NCBI GenBank assembly: GCA_963697655.1
Contig: CAVOOV010000014.1
Location: 38,118-102,117 of the forward strand
DNA length: 64,000 nucleotides
Direction of reading: 5' to 3'
From: an uncultured Solirubrobacterales bacterium
Lineage (GTDB): Bacteria > Actinomycetota > Thermoleophilia > Solirubrobacterales > Solirubrobacteraceae
Part shown: piece by piece, positions 23,038 through 33,605 of the stretch
Numbering within the stretch: the first letter of the stretch is position 1
How the letters are laid out: each line of letters starts with the position of its first letter
Program-made: the position numbers and the translations under genes
Notes under the pieces: generated by a model
Seen by the model: only the letters and a program-made list of their open reading frames with translations
Database searches by the model: none
What the model was told of the DNA's origin: nothing

Positions 23038-23805
23038 CTACTGCGCGGCCGGGGCGCCCGCTGTGGGGGTGCTCGCCGCGGACGGGACCGCGGCGGCGCC
23101 GATCACCTCGGTGCCGAGCATGCCCAGCGCGCGCCCGGTGGCCATCGTCAGGTCCCAGTTGGCGCCGTGGGCGTACGGCCCGCGGTCGATCACCGGCACG
23201 GTGATCACGTGGCCCTTGTAATAGAGCTGAACCGAGGTCCCGCACGGGAGCGTCCGGTTCGCCACGCCAATCGTGCTGCGCCTGAGGACCTTTCCGCACG
23301 CGGTTCGGTGACCCCAGAGCCCCGGGCCGTAGAGCGTGGCGATCGAGCGTCGGTAGACCGTGAGCGACAAGGTGGGCGCCGCCGCGGCGCTCGAGGCCTG
23401 GGAGCCCGTGATCACCGCTCGGATCGTCAGCTGCCCGGGATGGCTCGGGTGCCATGCCGCCGAGAACGACCCGCCGGGCTGGGCGCTCGCGTCCGCGACT
23501 GGGACCCAGGCGGAGCTGCTCGAGAGCTGGTCGATCTCCACGGTGTCGCCGGCGGCGGACCTCGGGACGCTCCCGGTCACCGACACGCCGCCGCGCAGGA
23601 ACGCCGCAGCTTCGGATGCGATCGTGATGCCGTTGCTGGTCGCCGTGACCGGGACGTTGCCGGCGCTGACCGGCACATTCGGGCTGAACTGCGACTGCGA
23701 CTGCGGGGCGGTCCCGGCCCCGCCGGACCCGGACCCGCCCGACCCGCCGCCGGACGCGGCCCAGGCGATCCCCGGGATGGCGAGGACGGCGCCTACGGCC
23801 AACAA
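23038..23805 (-). CDS. Secreted RlpA-like (DPBB) lytic transglycosylase
   Basis: ATLYGPG, TACG, ANRTLPCGT, VIDRGPY, DLT; signal peptide. Confidence 0.88.
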   Translation of the reverse strand: MLAVGAVLAIPGIAWAASGGGSGGSGSGGAGTAPQSQSQFSPNVPVSAGNVPVTATSNGITIASEAAAFLRGGVSVTGSVPRSAAGDTVEIDQLSSSSAWVPVADASAQPGGSFSAAWHPSHPGQLTIRAVITGSQASSAAAAPTLSLTVYRRSIATLYGPGLWGHRTACGKVLRRSTIGVANRTLPCGTSVQLYYKGHVITVPVIDRGPYAHGANWDLTMATGRALGMLGTEVIGAAAVPSAASTPTAGAPAAQ

Positions 23806-23861
23806 CGGGGCTACATAACGATTGCCGACTCTCGCGAGCAGCTGGTCAGTCCTCTCGTGGT

Positions 23862-23997
23862 GTGCCTACGGGGTGAGCTGACGGGCTCGCGCCTTGTGAG
23901 CGCTACGGCCCTACTGGGCCGATTCGCCCCTGTGGATCCTTGGATCCACAAAGTGGTTCCCCCGCCGATCGCCCGCGGACGGACGATCGCTCGGCGT
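23862..23997 (-). ncRNA. c-di-AMP (ydaO/yuaA) riboswitch
   Basis: Reverse complement reads GGGGGAACCA...GGGGCGAATC...GAGCCCGTCAGCTCACCCCGTAGGC. Confidence 0.9.
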
Positions 23998-24042
23998 TAA
24001 CGGCGCGAGATTTAACCAGATGCGCCGACGATGTGGGCCGAC

Positions 24043-24417
24043 CTACGGCCGCGGTAGCCGTCCGACCGCGTTGCGCAGGGCGCGGGCGCCGGCGTGGAGC
24101 CCGATCTCGGCGAGCTCGGCCGCCGCCTGGGCCGCGATGCCGAGGATGTCCCGGCCGGTGGTGTGGTCGGTCCGGTCGCCCTGTGGCAGCGTGGGCGGAA
24201 CGCCGGCGGGCTGGGCCGGCTGGAGCAGGGGCTCGGCCCGGCGTGCCCGAGGGTCCCGGATTGCCGGCGTGTCGCGAGTTGCCGGCGCGCGATCGTCCGT
24301 TGCCGGCGCGGATGCGGATCGCGTCGCCGGCGCGGGCGAAGATCGCTTCTCACTGCGGCGATGCGGCCGCCTGCGCGGCAGCGCGCCGAGGACGTCTGAG
24401 GGGCGTTCGTCGCTCAC
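24043..24417 (-). CDS. Hypothetical protein
   Basis: ORF with AGGA RBS and GTG start; C-terminal amphipathic helix. Confidence 0.6.
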   Translation of the reverse strand: MSDERPSDVLGALPRRRPHRRSEKRSSPAPATRSASAPATDDRAPATRDTPAIRDPRARRAEPLLQPAQPAGVPPTLPQGDRTDHTTGRDILGIAAQAAAELAEIGLHAGARALRNAVGRLPRP

Positions 24418-24556
24418 GCGTTCCTATGATGGCGTAACACAACGCTGGCGGCTCGCGAAGACCCGGTCTTAGCAAAATCCGGACAGGATTTGAAACCGTC
24501 CCGACCGTTCCGCGTATACCTAAAGGCGGCCGGCGCACCAGCGCCCCTGGGCTCAA

Positions 24557-24585
24557 TTGACTTCAAAAAGTATAGCGACTAGACT
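24557..24585 (+). promoter_or_regulatory. Sigma-70 promoter of the sigma factor gene
   Basis: TTGACT-N17-TAGACT in an AT-rich intergenic stretch. Confidence 0.75.
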
Positions 24586-24694
24586 TCCCCCATACGTTTA
24601 ACTAGCGGGTGTGCGCCCTTAGGGCCTCCCCGTTTGTCATCGTCTGAGGCCGGCGGTGTCCAGGACCGGCGGGTACGACGGGAAACGGATTCAG

Positions 24695-25798
24695 ATGTCA
24701 GTAGCGGACCTGCAGGAACTCGAAGAGATCAAAGGCCTCGTTTCGCGTGGTCAGCAGCTGGGCGTCCTGACCTACGCTGAGATCACCGGCGCGGTGTCGG
24801 AGCTCGACCTCGACGAAGCGGATGTCGAGGAGCTCCACGGCTTCCTCGAGCGCGCTGAGATCGAGCTCGTCGAGGAACTCGACCCCGCGATCGCGGCGGC
24901 GGACCTCGAGCGCGCGCCCGACAAGCGCGGCGGCCGGCGCAAGCCGAAGACGGCGTTGGACCTCAAGCCGGATATGACCACCGATTCCCTTCAGCTGTTC
25001 CTGAAGGACATCGGCAAGGTCCGACTGCTCACCGCCCAGGAAGAGGTGGACCTCGCCAAGCGGATCGAGCGCGGCGACCTCGACGCCAAGCAGAAGATGG
25101 TCGAGTCGAACCTCCGGCTCGTCGTCTCGATCGCCAAGAACTACCGCAACCAGGGCCTGCCGTTCCTGGACCTGATCCAGGAGGGAACGCTCGGCCTCGT
25201 GCGCGCGGCCGAGAAGTTCGACTACCGCAAGGGCTTCAAGTTCTCGACCTACGCCACCTGGTGGATCCGCCAGGCGATCGCCCGCGCGCTCGCTGACAAG
25301 GCGCGGACGATCCGAATCCCCGTGCACGTGGTCGAGAAGCTCAACAAGATCGGCCGGGCCGAGCGCAAGCTCGTGACCGAGCTCGGACGCGAGCCAACCG
25401 CCGAGGAGATCGCCGAGGTCACGGGTATCGAGCCCGAGGAGGTCGAGTCGATCAAGCGGTCGGCACAGGCGCCGGTATCGCTCGAGAAGCCGGTGGGCGA
25501 CGAGGAGGAATCGGAATTCGGGCAGTTCATCGCGGACGAGCGCGCCGAGTCGCCGTACGAGCGGGCGGCCGAGATCCTGACCAAGGAGGCGCTCCGCGAG
25601 GCGCTCGAGAACCTCAGCTACCGGGAGCGCCGCGTGCTCGAGCTGCGGTACGGGCTCGGTGGCGAGCACCCCCGCACGCTCGACGAGGTCGGTCGCACGT
25701 TCAACGTGACCCGCGAGCGGATTCGGCAGATCGAGAACCAGTCGCTCAAGAAGCTTCAGTCGCTCGCTGAGGCGCAGAAGCTGCGCGACGTAGCCTGA
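24695..25798 (+). CDS. rpoD: Primary-type RNA polymerase sigma-70 factor (RpoD/SigA family)
   Basis: Region 1.1, [39 protein letters not shown]; may be one of several paralogues. Confidence 0.9.
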   Translation: MSVADLQELEEIKGLVSRGQQLGVLTYAEITGAVSELDLDEADVEELHGFLERAEIELVEELDPAIAAADLERAPDKRGGRRKPKTALDLKPDMTTDSLQLFLKDIGKVRLLTAQEEVDLAKRIERGDLDAKQKMVESNLRLVVSIAKNYRNQGLPFLDLIQEGTLGLVRAAEKFDYRKGFKFSTYATWWIRQAIARALADKARTIRIPVHVVEKLNKIGRAERKLVTELGREPTAEEIAEVTGIEPEEVESIKRSAQAPVSLEKPVGDEEESEFGQFIADERAESPYERAAEILTKEALREALENLSYRERRVLELRYGLGGEHPRTLDEVGRTFNVTRERIRQIENQSLKKLQSLAEAQKLRDVA

Positions 25799-25812
25799 TT
25801 GTGAACTCGTAG

Positions 25813-25862
25813 GGCAGGTCATTTGACGGGGGCTCGCGCGAGTCCCGTCAAACGACCAGCCC
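25813..25862 (+). terminator. Long imperfect hairpin after the sigma gene
   Basis: GGTCATTTGACGGG...CCCGTCAAACGACC inverted repeat. Confidence 0.6.
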
Positions 25863-25944
25863 CTCCGAGTGCTGTGCTGGCGAGCGGGCGGCTGACTGCG
25901 CCCCCAGCTCTCTCTAGCCGGGGGTCCAGCCTTCCGCTCTCCGC

Positions 25945-25970
25945 TCAAGCCATCGGCGTGGGTGGCCGAT
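25945..25970 (+). promoter_or_regulatory. Putative sigma-28 (FliA/WhiG-type) promoter
   Basis: TCAAG-N15-GCCGAT ending 10 nt before ATG 25981. Confidence 0.45.
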
Positions 25971-25980
25971 GCGCCTCGTG

Positions 25981-27216
25981 ATGTTCGATCTTCACGAGGC
26001 GCTTGCGTATGTCGTACAGAATGAGGGCTCGGACCTTCATGTGAAGGTGCCGGCGCGTCCGATGGCGCGGTTCCGCGGCCAGCTAGAGCCGCTGGAGCAC
26101 TACACCGAGCCGCTGACACCGGCCGACACCGAGCGGGTGCTGCGGGAGATGCTCGCCGAGCACTCGGACAAGATGGCGGCGTTCGACAGCGACAACGAGA
26201 TCGACTTCTCCTACACAGTCGACGGGCTGGCGCGGTTCCGCGTCAACGCGTTCCGCCAGCGCGGGTCGGTGTCGATCGTGGCTCGCGTGATCCCGTTCAC
26301 GGTCCGCACGATCCACGAGCTCGGCCTGCCGCAGGCGATCGAGGAGATCGCCAAGGAGGAGCGCGGGCTGATCCTGCTCACCGGCACGACCGGCTCTGGC
26401 AAGTCGACGACGCTCGCGGCGATCATCAACCACATCAACGAGACGATGGCGCGGCACATCGTCACAATCGAGGACCCGATCGAGTATCTGCACCGCGACC
26501 GCCAGTCGATCATCAACCAGCGCGAGGTCGGCATGGACACCGAGTCGTTCGGCCGCGCGATGCGCCGGGTGCTCCGCCAGGACCCGGACGTGATCCTGAT
26601 CGGCGAGATGCGCGACGAGGAGACCGTCCGGACCGCGCTGTCGGCCGCCGAGACCGGCCACCTCGTGCTCTCGACCGTGCACACGCTCGACGCGGCCGAG
26701 AGCGTCAACCGCATCATCGACTTCTTCCAGCCTCACGAGCAGAGTCAGGCGCGCGCGATGCTGGCCGGGACGTTGAAGGCCGTCGTCTCCCAGCGGTTGG
26801 TGCGGACCGCCGACCGCACGGCCCGCGTTGCGGTATGCGAGGTCCTGCGGATGACCGGCCGTGCCCGCGACATGATCCTCGACGCCGACCAGACCGACCG
26901 CCTGCGCGAGGTGATCGCCGAGGGCGAGTACTACGGGATGCAGACGTTCGACCAGGCGCTGCTGGGCCACTTCCAGGCCGGCCGCGTGTCGATGGAGGAC
27001 GCGATGCGCGTCGCCTCGAGTCCGCACGACTTCAAGCTGCTGGTCGCCGGCGAGGGACGCACCGCGACCTCGATGAACGACCTCGTCGGAGGCGACGAGC
27101 ACCCCGCGTCGGCCGACCTCACGCCGGCGCCGCCCGTCCAGCAGGTAAGGCCGGCGCCTTCGATGACCCCGGCGAACGGTCGCCCGTCGGCGCCGCCGCC
27201 GAGCATGGCCGCTTAG
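25981..27216 (+). CDS. pilT: Type IV pilus retraction ATPase PilT/PilU
   Basis: SDLH, RFRVNAF, GTTGSGKSTT, TIEDPIE, LRQDPDVILIGEMRD, AETGHL, GMQTFDQ. Confidence 0.93.
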   Translation: MFDLHEALAYVVQNEGSDLHVKVPARPMARFRGQLEPLEHYTEPLTPADTERVLREMLAEHSDKMAAFDSDNEIDFSYTVDGLARFRVNAFRQRGSVSIVARVIPFTVRTIHELGLPQAIEEIAKEERGLILLTGTTGSGKSTTLAAIINHINETMARHIVTIEDPIEYLHRDRQSIINQREVGMDTESFGRAMRRVLRQDPDVILIGEMRDEETVRTALSAAETGHLVLSTVHTLDAAESVNRIIDFFQPHEQSQARAMLAGTLKAVVSQRLVRTADRTARVAVCEVLRMTGRARDMILDADQTDRLREVIAEGEYYGMQTFDQALLGHFQAGRVSMEDAMRVASSPHDFKLLVAGEGRTATSMNDLVGGDEHPASADLTPAPPVQQVRPAPSMTPANGRPSAPPPSMAA

Positions 27217-27249
27217 CCGGCGCAGCGGGCGCCGCCCAGTCACGGCGGG

Positions 27250-27277
27250 GACGGCCGGCTCGCAGGAGCCGGCCGTC
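27250..27277. terminator. Hairpin between convergent genes
   Basis: 12-bp perfect stem GACGGCCGGCTC/GAGCCGGCCGTC. Confidence 0.6.
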
Positions 27278-27306
27278 GTCAGAACTGCGTCCGTATCGGC
27301 CCGGGA

Positions 27307-30300
27307 CTACCCGACCGTGTAGCTGTAGGGGAGTGTCGCGAGCTCGTCGCCGCTCTGTTGGCCGGTGACCGGTGGCGGAACGTTGTTGTCGAAGTCATCG
27401 ACGTACAGGTTCCCCGAAACCACCGTGCCGCTGGCGGCACTCGGCGTGATCGTCACGTTGACTGTCGCGGTCTGCCCGGGATTGATCACCACCGGCGAGA
27501 ACGAGGTCGCCGGGTTGATCGAGGCCGCCTCGATGTCCCCGGTGGCCGAGGTCACCGCTGAGTCGAACGGCTTGGTCTGAGCCGTCATCGCCACTGACGC
27601 GGTGCCCGCGGGCGCGGGACCCGGATACGGGCCGCATTCGGACGGCGAGGCGAACCAGAACCCTGCGGTGACGAGGCCGCCCGGCGGTGTGTCGCTACCC
27701 GACGATGTGGTCGAGCAGAGTGATGCGGCCCCGGGGGCGTGGCTGGACAGATCCGGGTCGCCGGCGAACGGCCCGAAGTCGAACATCGTCGGCAGGCTCG
27801 ATGTCTGACTGACGCTGACGCTCGACGTCTGGGTCGGGACAAACCAGACCGGGCTCGCCCCGACGTTTGGCAGGACGATTCCGCTGGCCGGCGCAAACGG
27901 GGCGAGGGTTACCGACGTCGACCCGTTCAACCGTGGGTCGACGAAGTAGTCCTCCGGCGCGACTCCGGTGTTGGTGATCTGTACCGGCACGGTCACCGGC
28001 GTCCCCGCCGCGAGTTTCGTGGCCGCGCTGTTTGGTAGCCCGGCCGCGCTGACCTTCGACGGCGTTGAAGCGGATGTCTCCGGTGTACGGCTCGGAGATC
28101 TCGTTCCCCACGACCGGCTCGGAGAAGTCGACGACGAGCGTCCACGTGCCGGGAGCCGGGTTCACAGCGTTGGCGGTGAGTGCCGTCAGCGAGGTGCCGT
28201 TGAGCGAGTTCTGCCCGTACCCGAGCGTGTCCCCGTCGGGGCTGATCAGGTACGCCCCGATCGGATCGGTCGGATCGTTGGCGATCGACACGTCCGCGCT
28301 GATGTCGCGGACTCCGGCGGGCACGTTGAACTCGTAGTACTGCTGCTGGCCCTCACCGTTCGGGCGACCGTTGCCACCGGTCAGCACGCCCGAGAAGGAA
28401 CCCGAACGCTTGTTGCCGGGCTCGACCAGGCTGCGCAGCGTCACCGGAATCGAGGTCGATCCGCCGAAGCCGAAGTCCGACCTCAGCACGATCGAGCCCG
28501 CCGCGTCGCCCGGGGACGACGGGGTGGTGGCGCTGACCGTCACCGTCCGGCTCTGGCCGGGAGCCAGCAACAGCCGGCTCGGGGACACGGACGCGAACGG
28601 CACGAACTGCTCGGTGGCCATGCGCCAGGGGACAGCTCCGTTGGTTCCGGCGTCGGCGGCTACGTCGCCGAAAATCACTCCGGTCCACGTACCGGAGGTC
28701 GGGAAGCGGACGTCGACGCTGCCGAAGTTGCCGGGTCCCTGCGGCAGCGAGTGCGCCGCCAACCGGCCGCGCGGATCGATCAGGATCAGCCGCACGCGCG
28801 AGTTGTTCCCGTTCGCCGGGTTCCCCGGCCAGGCGAGCTGACCGGCCAACCTGTCGGCCCCGGGCCGGACGTTGAAGTGGAACACCCCGTAGTTGTTCTG
28901 GAGTCCCTGGTAGTTGGCGAACTGCGGGCTCGTGCCGTCGGTCAACGTGACGCTGCCGGTCTGGACGTTCTGGTCTGAGCCGAATGTCCGGCCGCTCAGG
29001 TTCACGAGCTGCAAATGCCGGCCCGTATTGGTGACGTTGACGTTCCAGCGCTCACGCGACCCGGGGCCGTCTACCGCGTTCAGCTGATTGGCCGAGGTCA
29101 GCAGCGTGTTGCCGGTCGGCCTGGGGGAGCCGTCCGGCGTGCGGATCGACTCGGCCAGCTGAACGGCCTTGTAGGAGTTCATGAGTCCCGCGCCCTGCTC
29201 CGCGGCGGGTGTGCCGAGGTCGGTGGCGGTGCTCACGATGATCTGCTTGACCAGGGCCGGGGTCGGCGTGGCGCCCCCGTGGGTCTGACGATAGGCCTGG
29301 ATGACCAGAGCCGCCTCGCCGGCGACGAACGGCGAGGACTCGCTGGTACCACCGCTCTCCTCGATGTCCGACGACTGGCCCTTGAGGTTGATGCACCCAG
29401 CGAAGATGGCGCTGGCGTCGCAGGAGGCGAAGCTGAGGTCGCCCGGAGCGACCAGGCTCACGGTGCCACCGGTCTCGTTGAACCCACCGGAGCTGAGCGA
29501 GCTGATGTTGTCGTTCAACCAGCCGCTGGTGGCGAAGTAGCGAGCGGCGGCGTAGTTCGTCTGGGCGTAGAAGCGGAAGTCGGTTGACGCGCCCACCGAG
29601 ATGAGGTTCGGGTCCGTCGAGGGCGAGCCGATCGTGTTGAAGTTGCCGGCATCGCCGGAGGAGACGCTGACCACGACGCCCGCCGCGACGGCGGCGTTGT
29701 CGAACTGCGCGGTGGCATCGAGCGCGCTCACGTCGGGGAACGGGTTCGAGCCGAAGGACTCGTTGATCACGTTGACGTGGTCGGTCTCGACCGCGTAGTT
29801 GATCGCCTGCAGGAAGTTGGAATTCGTGGTGTCCTCGAATGAGCCGAACACGTCCAGGCCGACGAGGCTCGCGCCCGGAGCAACGCCCTCGATGCGGATG
29901 TTGCAGGCCGACGGATCCGGCTGGGCGCTGAACCCGTTGACGTCGTACGTGTGGAGCCCCTGGCCGGCGATCGTGTTGGCGTCGAGGAACGCCTCGTCGC
30001 CGCTGGTGACCTGACCGGGGCCGTCGCCGGTGAAGTCCTGGTAGTCGCTGAACGCCGACGCGTTGTTGGGCCGGATGAAGTTGACGTTGTTCGGATCGAT
30101 GCCGTCGGCGATCCAGGCGACCTTCACGCCGGCGCCGGTGATGCCGAGCGATCGGGCGGTCGGCTGGCGCGGGTTGTCGGAGTCGGTGTTGGTGAGCGAC
30201 AGGCCTTCCGGATCAAGTTGTGGCTTGCCGGCGGAGCAGGCGCCCGGGATCACGTTGGGCGTGAGCGTCGTTGCCTGGTGCGACTTCAGCTTGTGAGAGG

Positions 30301-30766
30301 AAGCGGTTGGCACCTGGGCCGGCGCCGCGCCCTGAATCGTGACGTCGGGGATGACCTCGGCCACCGCGGGATTTGCCCTGAGCCTTGCCGCCTCACCCTT
30401 CGAGACCGCGGCCGCGAACGCGTCGACGAGCTGGAACGTCTTGATGTGCGTGGCGTGGACCGCACGCAGCTCGCTGATCAGTGGCGCCTGGGTGGCCTCG
30501 ATCGCGTCGGCGCGCCGCGCCGCCGCACTACTCCCGACGTGGGCAGCCGCGGGCTGGCTCTTCAGGATCACGATCACGTGCTGATTGGCGTTCTGCGAGA
30601 GCCGCCTCGCCAGCGCCGGCGTCAGCGGCCCGGAGGTGGCTGTGGGGGCGGCCGCCACCGACTGCGCCCCGATCGCGGCCGGCACCCCGACCGCCATCGC
30701 CAGCAAGGCGATCGTCTTCTTTCGTGCACACGCCAGCCGTACGACACCCGCAACACGTGATCGCAT
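27307..30766 (-). CDS. Large secreted subtilase-clan protease (I9-like prodomain, S8/S53 catalytic domain, beta-sandwich tail); frameshift near 28060
   Basis: Signal peptide, [34 protein letters not shown]; C-terminus continues in ORF 27307..27996. Confidence 0.88.
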
Positions 30767-30930
30767 ACCTTGGACCCTCCTCCAGTGGTGACTGCTGCTA
30801 CCGCCGCGCCACACACAGCTCCCCCGAGTGGGCAGCACGGCCGATGTTCCGCGAACCTACCACCTGCCAGGGGCGGACGACCGCGTCGTTCACTTCAGTT
30901 GTTGAAGCATTGCGCTAAACTGGGCAAAAG

Positions 30931-31308
30931 ATGGCTACAAACGACACATGTCCGGTCTGCCGCACGGCGGAGATCGTGTGCGGCAAGTGGACGCTGCTGG
31001 TGATTCGCGATCTGGCCGAGGGCCGGTCGCGCTTCTGTGAGCTGGAGCGCTCGCTGCGCGGGATCAGTCCGCGGACGCTGTCGCTGCGGTTGCGCGCGCT
31101 CGAGGAGGAGGGGGTCGTCGAGCGTCAGACGTTCCCCGAGGTGCCTCCCCGGGTCGAGTATGCGCTCACCGACAAGGGCCGCGCGCTCGTGCCGCTGATC
31201 GAGGACATGCGCGCCTACGGGCTCCAGTGGCTGTTCGAGGACTGCGACGAGCCGAGCCCGGATGACGCGCCCGACGACGCTCGCGAGCCCGCTGTCGCCG
31301 CGGCCTGA
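30931..31308 (+). CDS. HxlR-family transcriptional regulator
   Basis: CPV, GKWTLLVI, ISPRTLS.RLR.LE, VPPRVEYALT. Confidence 0.93.
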   Translation: MATNDTCPVCRTAEIVCGKWTLLVIRDLAEGRSRFCELERSLRGISPRTLSLRLRALEEEGVVERQTFPEVPPRVEYALTDKGRALVPLIEDMRAYGLQWLFEDCDEPSPDDAPDDAREPAVAAA

Positions 31309-31317
31309 CCGCCGCGC

Positions 31318-31764
31318 ATGCGGATCGCGGTCGCCGCGGATGAGCTGACAGGCGTCGCGCGGGCGCTCCCCGAGGAGCTTCGCCGGCGCGGTCACGAGCC
31401 GTTGCTCCACGGCGCCTACGCGGACGCAGAGCGGCCCGACTGGGCGTGGGCGAGCGAGGCTGCGGCCCGGGACGTCGCCGACGGCAGGGCCGAGCAGGCG
31501 ATCGTCGCGTGCTGGACCGGAACCGGCGCGTCGATCGCGGCGAACAAGGTGCCGGGGATCCGCGCCGCGCTGTGCGCCGACGCGCCGACCGCGGAGGGCG
31601 CGCGCCGGTGGAACGACGCCAACGTGCTCGCGCTCAGCCTGCGGGCAACCTCTCAAGCCGAGCTCGAGGAGATCCTCGACGCCTGGTTCGGGGGCAGCTC
31701 GAGCGCCGAGCCCGACGACGTCCAGAACATCGCGCATCTGGCCGAGATCGAGCGCTCGCCCTAG
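31318..31764 (+). CDS. RpiB/LacA/LacB sugar-phosphate isomerase
   Basis: CWTGTG, ANKVPGIRAA, WNDANVL. Confidence 0.92.
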   Translation: MRIAVAADELTGVARALPEELRRRGHEPLLHGAYADAERPDWAWASEAAARDVADGRAEQAIVACWTGTGASIAANKVPGIRAALCADAPTAEGARRWNDANVLALSLRATSQAELEEILDAWFGGSSSAEPDDVQNIAHLAEIERSP

Positions 31765-31777
31765 CGGCGACGCGGCC

Positions 31778-32880
31778 TCAGCGCACGACGACGAACGTGC
31801 CGGACCCGATCATGTGGCCGTAGCGGCCGGCCTTGCGCCGTCCGAAGCCGGGCCAGACGTACCATCGGTACTTGCCGGGCTTGAGCCGGTAGCGACGTCC
31901 CTCGAATTTCCATGTGCGGCGAAGCTGGAGGCCGGCGTGCGTCGGCCACATGCTGAGCACCTTGCCGCCCCGGAACAACTGCACGTTGTAGTAGGTAGCG
32001 CTCGGGGCGGCGGTCCAGCTCAGCATCGGTGGCGCGCTCAGGTGCGCGTTCGGCGCGGGGCCGAGAAGTCGCGGTCCGGGGGTTGCCTTGATCGTCTGCG
32101 CCGCCACGTTGCCCGCCTGATCGCGCGCAGTGATCGTGTACGTGTAGTGGACGCCGTTGCTCACGTGGTCATCCGTAAATCCGGTTCCGTTGCCGGAATA
32201 GACGGCGTGGGCGCTGGCAGCCTTCGCGCCGTCGGTCCGAGTGACTTGGATCGAGGCGAGCGGAGCGACGTCCCCGCCGGCTTGCCAGCTCAGCGCGACG
32301 CTCTTGTCGCCCGGATCCGCGGTGGCGGTCAGCGTTGGCGGCGTCGCGTCGTAGGCGAACGGCGCGCTAGCGACAGTCACGGACTTGCCTGCGTTGTCGA
32401 CGCAGGTCCCGGCCACGGTGGCGCTGGCCGTGGCGGGGCCGGCGTATGTCGTGGAGGTGCACGACGCGATGCCGGAGAATGAGCTGCCCTGGAACGCGAA
32501 GGCGACCGGGGCGTCGTACCAGCCGTTGGAGTCGGGAGGGCGGGACGGGGTCGCGGTGGCGGTGGGGGAGGAGGTTTCGACCTTGATTGTGTACGGCTGA
32601 ATGATGGTTGGACCGGCAGTCGGTCCAGTGACTTCGCACGGACACCGTTACGATTGGTATTGGATGCGTACGTCGTCTGGATGCAGCTTCCTGGAGTGGT
32701 TCGGCGGTCCATGTGCCAGCTGAGGTTCACAGGCGCCGTGTACCAACCGCCGGTGCATGGCTGTGCGGCCGCCTGGCCAACTGCGCACATGGGCGTGATG
32801 GTGTCCGCCGACGCCACCGACGCCGTCGTCAACGACACCGCGACGGCGACCAGTGCCACCGCCACCGCACGACGCCTCAT
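31778..32880 (-). CDS. Secreted beta-sandwich (Fn3/Ig-like) protein; frameshifts near 32610-32710
   Basis: Signal peptide, repeated GWY motif, Fn3-like LSW...YTYTITARDQAGN. Confidence 0.7.
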
Positions 32881-33554
32881 GACAGCTCCAGTCGTCGGAG
32901 ACGCCGCAGCAACGCGAGGCTCGCCACCGCGAGTACCGCCATCGCGAGCGAGGTGAGCAGGAGGAGCACACCGCCGCGATGCCCGGTCTCACCGCTGTGA
33001 AGCGCCCGATCGGGCAGCAGCAGCAAGTCCTTGGGCCAGGACAGGGGGAACGACAACCGCGTGGCTCCCGATCGCGCGCGACGCGGAGCGGAAGTGCGAG
33101 CGGCATGAACGTGCGGACGCGACGTGGGTCGTCCCGACCGCGCGCGCGGCGTCCTCGACGCAACGATCTTTGCTGCGGGTGTGCTGACCGTCCTCGCCGG
33201 CGTAACGACAACCGGCGCGCGGATCGCCGGCGCAACGACCGCGGGTACGCGGATCGCCGGCGTGGTGGAGGTCGACCGATGCGGCGCGGGCGCGGTGGTC
33301 GTGGCCTGCGGGGCGGGGTCCGGCGTTGGCTGACTCGCTGAGCCGGACGTCGGCGCCCTCTGGGGGGCGGGCCCGGAACCGTGTTCCCGAGTCGCAGCTG
33401 CCGCGCCGGCAGCGGCCGGCCAGCTCGAGGCGACAAGGACGAGAATCACCGTCCCGCAGATGCGGGCAATGATGCGAGCGGCCCAAGAAACAGCGTCCGA
33501 CTGCCCCCGGCGCCGCCGCCCGCCCCACGAACGGATAAGCAACGGGCCTTCCAT
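32877..33554 (-). CDS. Pro/Ala/Thr-rich exported protein with C-terminal TM anchor
   Basis: N-terminal hydrophobic segment; C-terminal hydrophobic helix followed by RRLRR; 4-bp overlap with the next gene. Confidence 0.6.
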   Translation of the reverse strand: MEGPLLIRSWGGRRRRGQSDAVSWAARIIARICGTVILVLVASSWPAAAGAAAATREHGSGPAPQRAPTSGSASQPTPDPAPQATTTAPAPHRSTSTTPAIRVPAVVAPAIRAPVVVTPARTVSTPAAKIVASRTPRARSGRPTSRPHVHAARTSAPRRARSGATRLSFPLSWPKDLLLLPDRALHSGETGHRGGVLLLLTSLAMAVLAVASLALLRRLRRLELS

Positions 33555-33605
33555 CTTCTACGTATCGCTAGCTAAACCGCACCATACGCCGCATGCCTCT
33601 CTAAA

